DNA from: Clostridia bacterium
GTDB taxonomy: Bacteria; Bacillota; Clostridia; Christensenellales; CAG-138
Assembly: GCA_017435905.1 (NCBI GenBank)
Contig: JAFSEB010000032.1
Span: forward strand, 16,640-80,639
Length of the DNA: 64,000 nucleotides
Reading direction: 5' to 3'
Under the pieces are notes generated by a model. That model worked only from the letters and a program-made list of their open reading frames with translations, was not told the DNA's origin and did no database searches. This document shows, piece after piece, positions 9,046-18,103 of the stretch. The position numbers were made by a program, and so were the translations under genes. Every line of letters begins with the position of its first letter. The stretch's first letter is position 1.

Positions 9046-10269
9046 TTACCAGACTTCCTTCAGCAGACGGATGGTGTTGCCGCCCATGACCTTGGCGATA
9101 TCGGTCTCGCTGTAGCCGTGCTTCACCAGCCAGCGAACGATATTGTAAGAGGCCTCGGTCGGGTTTTCGATACCGCTGACGTACTCCACTTCGGGGAAAT
9201 CATGGGAACCGTCGTCCTTCTTCTTGCCGAAGGCCTGCTTGATGGACAGGTTGGCAGCGAAGACGTGATGCAGTTCAACATGGTCGCCGTAAAGGGTGTC
9301 CGGGCCAAAGGAAACGTGGTCAATTCCGACGAGATCCTTCACATACTCGAAGTGCTCCATGTAGGATTCGATGTTGTGAACGGGGTTCTTTTCGGTGATG
9401 GTGGTATGGGGAGCCGCTTCGATGGCAATGATGCCGCCCTTCTTGGCGCAGGCCTTCATGACTTCGTCGGGCTTCAGGCGCTTGCTGTTCCAGAGGGCAC
9501 GGGCGCCGGTATGGGTGCAGAAGACGGGCTTCTTGGAGCACTCAATGATATCCATGGTGGTCCTGTCGCCGACGTGAGCGGTGTCGATCGCCATGCCGAC
9601 CTTGTTCATGCGCTCCACGACCTGTGCGCCGAAGTAGGTGAGGCCGCCGTCGTTGGGCTCTTTGAGGCCGCTGCCGAGGCCGTTGGATTCGCTGTAGGTG
9701 ATACCCATGACACGGACGCCGAGACCGTAGAGGATGTCAACACGGTCCACTTCGTTTTCGAGCATTGCAGCACCTTCGATGACCGGTACCCAAGCGATCT
9801 TGCCTTCCTTCTTGGCACGGAAGATGTCATCCACCTTTTCGCACTTGATGAGGAAATCCTGATGAGCGATATCCGCAAGGCGCATACCAAGGTCATACAC
9901 AACATCGTTCCACTTCCAGCCATGCTTGGAGGTGATCACGCAGCAGCCGTCCATCATGTTGTCGAACACGCAGTCCCAGTTGGACTCGGCCAGCGCCTTG
10001 TAAGCGGTGAAGCTGCGGCCTTCACGGGCATACTCGAAGGTCTCGCTGATGTTCTTGGGGAAGCAGAAGGGGTGCTCATGCAGGGAGATCATGAGGTTGT
10101 CCTTCACGACCTTCTCATAGAAGGCTTCCTGCTCATCGGTCAGGGGAATAATATACTCTTCAAACTCGTTGCCTTCAGCGGCCAGTTCAAATACCTTGTA
10201 ATCATCGCCCGGGGTCAGGTAGTCATAGGACTTATAGCCTTTGTAGCCGGGTTTGAGCGTCTTTTTCAT
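9046..10269 (-). CDS. M19 (renal/membrane dipeptidase) family protein, paralog A
   Basis: 407 aa. IEGAA, THTGAR, EAAPH and GGNTIRLL segments are typical of peptidase M19. GGAGG RBS. Confidence 0.85.
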   Translation of the reverse strand: MKKTLKPGYKGYKSYDYLTPGDDYKVFELAAEGNEFEEYIIPLTDEQEAFYEKVVKDNLMISLHEHPFCFPKNISETFEYAREGRSFTAYKALAESNWDCVFDNMMDGCCVITSKHGWKWNDVVYDLGMRLADIAHQDFLIKCEKVDDIFRAKKEGKIAWVPVIEGAAMLENEVDRVDILYGLGVRVMGITYSESNGLGSGLKEPNDGGLTYFGAQVVERMNKVGMAIDTAHVGDRTTMDIIECSKKPVFCTHTGARALWNSKRLKPDEVMKACAKKGGIIAIEAAPHTTITEKNPVHNIESYMEHFEYVKDLVGIDHVSFGPDTLYGDHVELHHVFAANLSIKQAFGKKKDDGSHDFPEVEYVSGIENPTEASYNIVRWLVKHGYSETDIAKVMGGNTIRLLKEVW

Positions 10270-10334
10270 AAAAAACCTCCTGTAAAAAATGCTTGTGTAT
10301 TGTGACGGGCATCCGCCCGTGGGGTACTGTTTTG

Positions 10335-11561
10335 TTACCAGGTCTCCTTCAGCACACGGATGGTGTTGCCGCCCATGACCTTGGCGATATCCTGCTCGCT
10401 GTAGCCATGCTTGACGAGCCAGCGCAGGATGTTGTAGGAAGCTTCGGTGGCGTTTTCAAGGCCGCGCACATACTGCACTTCCGGGAATTCCTGCTTGCCG
10501 TCGGGGCCGTTCTTGGTGAAGGCAGCCTTGATGGAAAGGTGGTGTGCAAAGGCATGGTGCAGACCGACGTGGTCGCCGTAAAGGGTATCGGGACCGAAGG
10601 TGACGTGGTCGATGCCGATGAGGTCCTTCACATACTCGAAGTGCTCCATGTAGGATTCAAGGCTGTGCTCCCTGTTCTTTTCGGTGATGGTGGTATGGGG
10701 AGCCGCTTCGATGCCGATGACGCCGCCCTTTGCAGCGCAGGCCTTCATGATCTCATCGCTCTTGAGGCGCTTGCTGTTCCAGAGGGCACGGGCGCCGGTG
10801 TGAGAGATGAAGATGGGCTTTTTGGAGCAATCGATGATATCAAGGGTGGTCTTATCGCCAACGTGCGCAGCGTCAATGGTCATGCCGATCTTGTTCATGC
10901 GCTCCACGACCTGTGCGCCGAAGTAGGTAAGGCCGCCGTCGCCGTTTTCTTTGAGGCCGCTGCCAAGGCCGTTGGATTCGCTGTAGATGAGGCCCATCAG
11001 GCGAACGCCGTAGCCGTAGAGGATATCCACACGGTCCACTTCGTTTTCAAGGATGGCGGCGCCTTCAATGGTGGTGACCCACGCTACCTTGCCTTCCTTC
11101 TTCGCACGGTAGATGTCCTCCACGGAGGTGCAGGGCACTACGAAATCCTGGTGTGCAAGGTCGCAGCGGCGCATACCGATATCGTAGATGATGTCGTCCC
11201 ACTTCCAGCCATGCTTGGAGGTGATGACGCTGCAGCCGTCAAACATGTTGTCGAACACGCAGTCCCAGGTGGATTCCGCAAGGGCGCGGAAGGCGGTAAA
11301 GCCGCGGGCTTCACGGGCGTAGTCGAAGGTCTCGTTGATCTCGTGGGGGTAAAGGATGGGATGATCGTGCAGCGAGATCATGGGATAGGTATCCACGATG
11401 TGCTGCGCAAAGGCTTCCTGTTCATCATTCAGGGGAACAATCTCTTCCTTGCCGAAGAAATGGTCTTCCGTGGCAAGATTAAACACCTTGTAATCATCGC
11501 CGGGGGTCAGGTAATCATAGGATTTGTAACCCTTGTAGCCGGCTTTCAGCTGTTTTTTCAT
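10335..11561 (-). CDS. M19 (renal/membrane dipeptidase) family protein, paralog B
   Basis: 408 aa. It is collinear with paralog A, at roughly 70% identity by eye. GGAGG RBS. Confidence 0.85.
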   Translation of the reverse strand: MKKQLKAGYKGYKSYDYLTPGDDYKVFNLATEDHFFGKEEIVPLNDEQEAFAQHIVDTYPMISLHDHPILYPHEINETFDYAREARGFTAFRALAESTWDCVFDNMFDGCSVITSKHGWKWDDIIYDIGMRRCDLAHQDFVVPCTSVEDIYRAKKEGKVAWVTTIEGAAILENEVDRVDILYGYGVRLMGLIYSESNGLGSGLKENGDGGLTYFGAQVVERMNKIGMTIDAAHVGDKTTLDIIDCSKKPIFISHTGARALWNSKRLKSDEIMKACAAKGGVIGIEAAPHTTITEKNREHSLESYMEHFEYVKDLIGIDHVTFGPDTLYGDHVGLHHAFAHHLSIKAAFTKNGPDGKQEFPEVQYVRGLENATEASYNILRWLVKHGYSEQDIAKVMGGNTIRVLKETW

Positions 11562-11600
11562 GCGATACCTCCTGATATGTTCTGTTTTTTGTTATTTTGA

Positions 11601-12323
11601 TCAGCCGCGCAGTTTGATGGGCAGCGGATAGGCTTTCTTGCTGTGGGATACGCCCATGAGCACCATGCTTTCAAGAAGATGCACGGCAGCGGTCAGGGGG
11701 TTCACCACGGGGATGCCGATCTCGGCGGAGATCTCCTTGTCGATCTGGGCAAAGGCAAGGGACATGCAGCCGAGGGTGATGCAGTCCGCCTTGTCGATGT
11801 CACGGGCCTTGATGGCTTCTTCAAGGGTACGTTCCTTGGCAATGTTGGGGTTGCGGTTGATGTCAAGCACCGTGATATCCGTGGAACGGAGAGATGCAAG
11901 CTTGTCCTTCAGGCCGCACTTGACCACAAGCTCTTCGGTGGTGCCGATCATTTCCTGCAGGGGAGTAATGATGCTGAACTTCCTGCCGAGCATGCTGCAC
12001 ACCACGTAGGATGCCTGTGCAGGGCCGATGACGGGGATCTTGACCATTTCACGGGCGCCATCCACACCGGGATCGCCTGCGCAGCCCACGATCACGCCGT
12101 CATAGCCGGCCTGTTCAGCTTCCGCCACAGCCTTGATGACGCCGGGGATAGCCTGATACTCATCACACATGGATTCGATGGAAGCAGGGCCGGTGGGAAC
12201 ATAGGAAATATCGATGGTAGTGCCCGGCTGGGCGATGGACTGCAAAATGGCGCCTCGGCGTTCCATTTCCTTCATACCAAGGCCGATCTCCACATTTCCC
12301 GGCAGCAGATAAAGCAGTTTCAT
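11601..12323 (-). CDS. Asp/Glu/hydantoin racemase family protein
   Basis: 240 aa with GCAGDPG and LGCMSL Cys-containing segments, as in hydantoin racemases. Confidence 0.85.
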   Translation of the reverse strand: MKLLYLLPGNVEIGLGMKEMERRGAILQSIAQPGTTIDISYVPTGPASIESMCDEYQAIPGVIKAVAEAEQAGYDGVIVGCAGDPGVDGAREMVKIPVIGPAQASYVVCSMLGRKFSIITPLQEMIGTTEELVVKCGLKDKLASLRSTDITVLDINRNPNIAKERTLEEAIKARDIDKADCITLGCMSLAFAQIDKEISAEIGIPVVNPLTAAVHLLESMVLMGVSHSKKAYPLPIKLRG

Positions 12324-12599
12324 CTTTCAAATACATCCTTTCTTGCAAAATGGTATTGTTTAGCTCGTTTATATTTTTTGGTCAAAAACAGATTCTTTCA
12401 GATATGCAGGGCAGATCAGGCAAAGTGCCTGTTTGATTCATTTGTTATTTCCTTCACAATTTGTTTTCCAACCATTCATATATTTTCTCTATAATTATAT
12501 ATAGTTTAATGGATAACCGCCCTTTGCTGATAATGCCAAATAGGCAAAGGGTTTTGCGGAAATTGCAATACCAACGGGTTTGAAGCTGCACCGGTACCC

Positions 12600-12629
12600 T
12601 TGAAAGAAAAACAGGCGATATATTATAAT
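12600..12629 (+). promoter_or_regulatory. Sigma-A-type promoter for the nitroreductase-LysR pair
   Basis: TTGAAA (12600-12605), an 18-nt spacer, then TATAAT (12624-12629). It lies about 30 nt upstream of the GGAGG/ATG at 12659. Confidence 0.55.
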
Positions 12630-12658
12630 GGATAAAACACATCGAACGGAGGCATATC

Positions 12659-13570
12659 ATGCAAAAAGAACCATCGGAATTCACCATGCAAAATGCATAC
12701 AGCGCCTATGCGAAACTGCGTACAAGGCGATCCTGCCGTTCGTTTACGGACAAGCCCATCGACGATGCGCTGCTGCAGGAGATCATCCTCACAGGTCTCA
12801 GCGCCCCCACCGGCGGCAATCTGCAGCCCTTTTCCCTCATCGTTGTGAAGGATGCCGCAAAAAAAGCCGTGCTTGCGGAGGTTTGCGGTCAGGGCTTTAT
12901 TGCAAAGGCAGCCGCAAACCTTGTATTTGTGATGGACTGGCATAAGCTGAGCGCCTACACCCGTGCAAAAAAAGCACCCTTTGTAGCCAACAGGGTGCTC
13001 AACCACAACATCATCGCCTATGCGGACATCATTTGCGCTGCGCAGCTGATCGAAGCCGCCGCCACGATGGCAGGCATCGGCGTATGCATGGTGGGCAACA
13101 TCATGGGCAGCGGCGAGCGTGTGGGGAACCTTCTGAAGCTCCCCGAAAACACCTACCCCATTCTGATGCTCTCCCTGGGCTATCCGGCCAACATCACGGA
13201 CAAGCGTGCGCCGAAGCTCCCTGCGGATGTGATCGTATTTGAAGAGGAATATCCCGTCTTTGATGAGGAAACACTTCTTGCAGCATACGATAAAAAGTAT
13301 TCCGGTATGATCGCCCCCCTGCCGCAGGATGACGCAAAGCGAGAGGAGATGCTTGCCGCCCTACGTGAATCCTACCTGACCACCTACACCGCAGAAGAAA
13401 CCGATATGATACTCAGCGAGATCGAAGCCGCCGGTGCCATGAATGAGATGCAGCGCCGCTTCGGCATCCACTACGGTGCTGCCGGCATGCTGAAAAAGCA
13501 GGAAGCCTTCTTCTCCGACATGGCCAGGCGAAACATCATTTTCGGCCCCACAGCGGAAAGAAAGGAGTAA
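12659..13570 (+). CDS. Nitroreductase-family protein with a C-terminal extension of about 100 aa
   Basis: RRS.R.F.D.P.......I...G..APTGGN.QP motif at the N-terminus. 303 aa. Confidence 0.85.
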   Translation: MQKEPSEFTMQNAYSAYAKLRTRRSCRSFTDKPIDDALLQEIILTGLSAPTGGNLQPFSLIVVKDAAKKAVLAEVCGQGFIAKAAANLVFVMDWHKLSAYTRAKKAPFVANRVLNHNIIAYADIICAAQLIEAAATMAGIGVCMVGNIMGSGERVGNLLKLPENTYPILMLSLGYPANITDKRAPKLPADVIVFEEEYPVFDEETLLAAYDKKYSGMIAPLPQDDAKREEMLAALRESYLTTYTAEETDMILSEIEAAGAMNEMQRRFGIHYGAAGMLKKQEAFFSDMARRNIIFGPTAERKE

Positions 13571-13572
13571 GT

Positions 13573-14499
13573 ATGAACATTCAGCAGCTGAAGCTTTTCA
13601 GCGATGTTGTGCAGTACGGTTCCGTCAACAAGGCGGCACAAGTGAATTACATCTCCCCCTCCACGCTGAGCCGCTCCATTCAGGAGCTGGAACGCAGCAC
13701 CAACACCGTGCTGTTCCAGCGCAGTTATTCCGGCATGAAACTGACGCAGCAGGGCGAAGAATTCTTTGTGGTGGTGCAGCCCATCCTTTACGACATTCAG
13801 CAGCTGGAGGATACTTACTTCAACGATGAGGGCAGCGACCTTCTGCGCCTGACGGTGTGCGTGCAGCAGAACAGCCTTGCCATGCAGTGCATCATTGAGT
13901 TCTACAACACTTACGCCGCCCGGAAGCAGCACATCGACATCGTGGTACCTGCCTACAGCTCCTTTAACGAGACTCTTGATGCGATGATCAAGAAGCATTT
14001 CATGCTGGGCGTGGTGCAGTACAACAGCATGGAGGAAGAGGATGTCATGGATATCTTCAACCGCAAGCGGCTGCAGGTGCTTTACCGTAAAAGCACGCCG
14101 GTGCATGTGGTGATCAATGCGGATCACCCTCTTGCATCCCACAGCTCCCTGACCCTTGAAGACCTTGATCCCTATCCCCGGCTATCCTATATAAATACCG
14201 CTGTACCGGATATCAACTACCATACGGATACCAACAACTATTCCTACATGAAGACCGCACGCCGCATCCTTATCAAGGAGCGTGCGCAGCTGACGGACCT
14301 TGTATCCTACACAGATGCCTACTTCCTCGGCACCAGCGCATCGCAGATCACCGCAGACAACAGCCGCATGCGCTACATCCCCCTTGAAGGGATGAACAAC
14401 GAGCCCGTCACGGTGCTGCTTGGCTACCAGAACCACGGTCTCAACCAGAACGCACAGCGCTTCCTTGATATTTTCAAGCGGGCTGCAGAAAGCATGTGA
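13573..14499 (+). CDS. LysR-family transcriptional regulator
   Basis: N-terminal wHTH (MNIQQLKLF..V...GS.NKAA....ISPSTLSR.I..LE) followed by a substrate-binding domain of about 200 aa. Confidence 0.92.
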   Translation: MNIQQLKLFSDVVQYGSVNKAAQVNYISPSTLSRSIQELERSTNTVLFQRSYSGMKLTQQGEEFFVVVQPILYDIQQLEDTYFNDEGSDLLRLTVCVQQNSLAMQCIIEFYNTYAARKQHIDIVVPAYSSFNETLDAMIKKHFMLGVVQYNSMEEEDVMDIFNRKRLQVLYRKSTPVHVVINADHPLASHSSLTLEDLDPYPRLSYINTAVPDINYHTDTNNYSYMKTARRILIKERAQLTDLVSYTDAYFLGTSASQITADNSRMRYIPLEGMNNEPVTVLLGYQNHGLNQNAQRFLDIFKRAAESM

Positions 14500-14511
14500 T
14501 CGCCAAATAAC

Positions 14512-14551
14512 AAAAAAACGCTGCCGCAGTCATACTGCGGCAGCGTTTTTT
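14512..14551. terminator. Bidirectional Rho-independent terminator
   Basis: A7-CGCTGCCGCAGT..ACTGCGGCAGCG-T6. Confidence 0.8.
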
Positions 14552-14559
14552 ATCGGGCT

Positions 14560-15726
14560 TTAGCCCATCTTCTTTTTGATATCCGCAAGGCGGTTGAGCG
14601 CCTCGTAAAGGGTATCGTCCTTCTTGGCAAAATGCACACGGACGATGTCGTTCACATCCTCCATAAAGAAAGAGGTGCCGGGAACGCAGGCTACGCCCAC
14701 CTTCTGTGCCATCTCTTCGCAGAACTGCACATCCGTCTGGCCGGGCTTGAGGAACTTGCCGATGTTGGCCAGCACGAAGTATGCACCCTGAGGATCGGTA
14801 TATTCGATGCCGATATCGTCAAGACCCTTGGTGAACAGCTGCTTCATGTGAGCATAATGTGCGCCGAACTCCTCGTAGTAGCTGTCGGGCATCTCAAGAC
14901 CCACAACGGCAGCTTCCATCAGCACGGAGGGTGCACCGACGGTGTTGAAGTCGTGATACTGCTTGATCTTGTCCATGATGGGCTTGGGGGCGATGGCATA
15001 GCCAAGGCGCCAGCCGGTGATGGAATAGGTCTTGGAGAGGGAGCTGCAGGAGATGGTCCGCTCCCACATGCCGGGCAGGCTGTTCATGTAAATGTGCTTA
15101 TGGGGCGCATATACGATGTGCTCGTACACCTCATCCATGATGACATAGGTATCATAACGGATGGCGAGATCCGCAATGAACTTGAGTTCTGCCTCGGTGA
15201 ACACCTTGCCGCTAGGGTTGGAGGGGTTGCAGATCAGGATCGCCTTTGCACCCTGCTTGAATGCATCCTCCAAAACGGCAGGATCGAAGTTAAACGTGGG
15301 CGGCACCAGCGGCACGAAGATGGGTTCGCAGTCCGCAAAGATGGCCTGTGCACGGTAGTTCTCAAAATAGGGGGAGAACATGATGATCTTATCGCCGGGG
15401 TTCGTGAGGGCGAAGATGGTATCCACCATAGCCTCGGTGGAACCGATGGTGACCACGACCTCCGTGTTGGGATCGATTGTACGGCCCATGCAGCGGCCGC
15501 ACTTCTTTGCAAGGGCGGCACGGAAGTTGGGGGCACCCATGGTGATGGGATACTGGTGGGGGCCAAGGTGGCTGATCTCCTCAAGCCTGTCCATCATGGC
15601 CTTGGGCGGATCAAAATCCGGAAAACCCTGTGCCAGGTTAATAGCGCCGCAATCAATGGCGATGCGCGTCATCCTGCGGATGACGGAATCGGTAAAGTGC
15701 CTGCATTTTCTGCTCATTTCCTGCAT
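14560..15726 (-). CDS. Class I/II pyridoxal-phosphate aminotransferase
   Basis: 388 aa from the internal ATG (MQEMSRK..). Motifs NLAQGFPDF, NP.NP.GKVF and SLSKTYSITGWR(L)GY. The track's longer ORF overlaps the ACT gene and lacks an RBS. Confidence 0.9.
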   Translation of the reverse strand: MQEMSRKCRHFTDSVIRRMTRIAIDCGAINLAQGFPDFDPPKAMMDRLEEISHLGPHQYPITMGAPNFRAALAKKCGRCMGRTIDPNTEVVVTIGSTEAMVDTIFALTNPGDKIIMFSPYFENYRAQAIFADCEPIFVPLVPPTFNFDPAVLEDAFKQGAKAILICNPSNPSGKVFTEAELKFIADLAIRYDTYVIMDEVYEHIVYAPHKHIYMNSLPGMWERTISCSSLSKTYSITGWRLGYAIAPKPIMDKIKQYHDFNTVGAPSVLMEAAVVGLEMPDSYYEEFGAHYAHMKQLFTKGLDDIGIEYTDPQGAYFVLANIGKFLKPGQTDVQFCEEMAQKVGVACVPGTSFFMEDVNDIVRVHFAKKDDTLYEALNRLADIKKKMG

Positions 15727-15757
15727 AGTGTGATACCTCGTTTTGCTGAATCGGGTT

Positions 15758-16189
15758 TTATTTGATGCCAAGGTCCTCTGCTTCCGCAGTTTTAAGACCG
15801 TGAGAAGCAAGCAGTGACTTGAACTTTTCTTCTTCGCCGATGCGGAACACCATATAAGCTTTGCCGTCCACATGGGTGAAAAGGGAGTACATGTATTCGA
15901 TATCGATATTGCCTTCCGCAAGGGTGGCAAGCACGGGCGCAAGGCCGCCGGGCACATCCGGCACGGCAACGGCCACAACGGGTGTCATGGAAAGGATGTA
16001 TTCCTTTTCAAGCAGGATGTTGGTTGCACGGGCGGCATCATCCACGATCATGCGCAGCACGCCGTAATCCGCCGTTTCCGCAATGGAGATGGCACGAAGG
16101 TCGATGTTGTGTTCCGCAAGCACGCCGGTGATCTCCGCCAGCTGGCCGGCACGGTTTTCAAGAAAAACGGAAATCTGATGAACGCTCAT
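15758..16189 (-). CDS. ACT-domain protein
   Basis: 143 aa starting MSVHQISVFLENRAGQLAEIT, with two ACT-like repeats. GGAGG RBS. It occupies the classical position next to paaK. Confidence 0.85.
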   Translation of the reverse strand: MSVHQISVFLENRAGQLAEITGVLAEHNIDLRAISIAETADYGVLRMIVDDAARATNILLEKEYILSMTPVVAVAVPDVPGGLAPVLATLAEGNIDIEYMYSLFTHVDGKAYMVFRIGEEEKFKSLLASHGLKTAEAEDLGIK

Positions 16190-16200
16190 AGTCTGCCTCC

Positions 16201-17499
16201 TTAGATCTTGCGCTTATCGATAATGCGTACCGCCTTGCCTTCGCTTCTTGCGATGGTTTTGGGGGCAACGAGCTTGACCTTTGCGTAAATGCCAAGCATG
16301 GTCTTCAGGGCTGCAACAAGCTGTTTTTCCATCTCGGTGATCTTGCCGAGGGTATCGGAGAAGTTCTCCGGCGTCATTTCCACCATGACCTCGAGGGTAT
16401 CGGAATGGTTCACACGGTCCACGATGATCTGGTAGTTGGCAGGATAGCCCTGCTCAAGGAGCACCGTCTCGATCTGGGAGGGGAACACGTTCACGCCCTT
16501 GACGATGAGCATATCGTCGCTGCGGCCCATGGGCTTGGACATCTTCACATGGGTACGTCCGCAGGAACAGGGCTTACGGCTCAGCACGCAGATATCACGG
16601 GTGCGGTAGCGAAGCAGCGGAAATGCTTCCTTGGTGATGGCAGTGAACACAAGCTCGCCCTTTTCGCCTTCGGGCAGCACCTCACCGGTCTTGGGATCGA
16701 TGATCTCCGCAATGAAGTGATCTTCATTGATGTGCATGCCGGTCTGCTCTTCGCACTCGAAGCTGACGCCGGGGCCGGAGGTCTCGGTAAGGCCGTAAAT
16801 GTCGTAGGCCTTGATGTTGAGCTTCTGCTCGATATCACGGCGCATCTCTTCGCTCCATGCTTCTGCGCCGAAAATGCCGGCCTTGAGCTTGATCTGATCC
16901 TGCAGACTGCGCTCGTGGATGGATTCTGCCAGATAAGCCGCATAGGAAGGCGTGCAGCAGATGATGGTCGCACCAAGGTCGGTCATAAACTGCAGCTGGC
17001 GATCGGTATTGCCGGAGGACATGGGCAGCGTCAGGCAGCCCACCTTATGGCTGCCGCCGTTGAGGCCGGGGCCGCCGGTGAAAAGGCCGTAGCCGTAGGA
17101 AACCTGGCACACATCCTCGTTGGTGCCGCCTGCCGCCACGATAGCACGGGCACAGCAGTCTTCCCAAAGGTCCACATCGTGCTGGGTGTAAAACGCCACA
17201 ACACGCTTACCGGTGGTGCCGGAAGTGGACTGGATGCGCACGCACTCGGAAAGAAGCTTGCCGAGAAGGCCGTAGGGATACGCTTCACGAAGGTCATCCT
17301 TCGTCAGGAAGGGGAGCTTGTGCAGATCCGCAACGCCCTTGATATCATCGGGGGTAACGCCCTTCTCTTCCATCTTCTTGCGGTAATACGGCACGTTTTC
17401 CCAAACATGCTTTACCTGTTTGACCAGGCGCTCGTTCTGCCAGGCAAGGATCTGTTCCCTTGAAGCAGTTTCGATCTCCGGCTGGTAATATTTCGCCAT
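16201..17499 (-). CDS. paaK: Phenylacetate-CoA ligase family (arylacetate-CoA ligase)
   Basis: 432 aa. The N-terminus (..E...RE.....Q..RL...V..........YY..K........P.DI....DL..LPF..K.DLR) and STSGTTGK are typical of PaaK. Confidence 0.9.
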   Translation of the reverse strand: MAKYYQPEIETASREQILAWQNERLVKQVKHVWENVPYYRKKMEEKGVTPDDIKGVADLHKLPFLTKDDLREAYPYGLLGKLLSECVRIQSTSGTTGKRVVAFYTQHDVDLWEDCCARAIVAAGGTNEDVCQVSYGYGLFTGGPGLNGGSHKVGCLTLPMSSGNTDRQLQFMTDLGATIICCTPSYAAYLAESIHERSLQDQIKLKAGIFGAEAWSEEMRRDIEQKLNIKAYDIYGLTETSGPGVSFECEEQTGMHINEDHFIAEIIDPKTGEVLPEGEKGELVFTAITKEAFPLLRYRTRDICVLSRKPCSCGRTHVKMSKPMGRSDDMLIVKGVNVFPSQIETVLLEQGYPANYQIIVDRVNHSDTLEVMVEMTPENFSDTLGKITEMEKQLVAALKTMLGIYAKVKLVAPKTIARSEGKAVRIIDKRKI

Positions 17500-17528
17500 T
17501 GAGTCAATCTCCTTTGGAATTTTTTTGT

Positions 17529-18101
17529 TCAGGCTCCCCTGCCGAGGGCAAAGGCTTTCCTGTTCAGTTCAAGGAATTTTGCGGGGACGCTCTTTTCGAT
17601 GGCTTCCTGCCACTCCGCTTCGGTGAAGTCGAAATAGTTGGAAAGCCTGCCCATGAGGACAAGGTTCACCGCTTTTGCGCTGCCTGCCTCCTCCGCAAGA
17701 GAAAGGGCATCAAAGGCATCCACCTGAAGACCTGCGGCAGCCATCTTCTCCACGAGGTTTTCGGGATATTCCGCTGCGCCGGTAATGACGGGCATGGGGG
17801 CGATCTGCTGGGTGTTGGTCACAATGCGGCCGTCCGTTTTGAGGTATTCCGTCCACCTTGCCGCTTCAAGCAGCTCGAAGGAAACGATGAAATCCGCCTC
17901 GCCCTTATCGATGATGGGCGAATACACCTTTTCGCCGTAGCGGACATAGGTGACAACGCTGCCGCCACGCTGGCTCATGCCGTGCACTTCGGAAACCTTC
18001 ACGTCAAAGCCCTTATCAAGAAGGAGCCTGCCGAGAAGCTTGGAAGCAAGCAGGCTGCCCTGCCCGCCGACGCCGACGATCATAATGTTCCTGGTCTGCA
18101 T
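17529..18101 (-). CDS. iorB: Indolepyruvate:ferredoxin oxidoreductase, beta subunit
   Basis: 190 aa from MQTRNIMIVGVGGQG. GGAGG RBS. Its start lies 2 nt after the iorA stop. Confidence 0.9.
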   Translation of the reverse strand: MQTRNIMIVGVGGQGSLLASKLLGRLLLDKGFDVKVSEVHGMSQRGGSVVTYVRYGEKVYSPIIDKGEADFIVSFELLEAARWTEYLKTDGRIVTNTQQIAPMPVITGAAEYPENLVEKMAAAGLQVDAFDALSLAEEAGSAKAVNLVLMGRLSNYFDFTEAEWQEAIEKSVPAKFLELNRKAFALGRGA

Positions 18102-18103
18102 AC

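Noticed and set aside
9028-11600. Two plus-strand ORFs of 425 and 435 aa opposite the M19 paralogs.
   Set aside because: They are mirror images of each other only because the real minus-strand genes are paralogs. They have no RBS, and their composition is low-complexity and Gly/Asp/His/Val-rich.
15727-15978. N-terminal 84-codon extension of the aminotransferase ORF in the track (14560-15978).
   Set aside because: It overlaps the ACT-domain gene out of frame, and it is Cys/Pro/Leu-rich and unlike aminotransferase N-termini. The internal ATG at 15726 has a GAGG RBS and gives a canonical-length protein.
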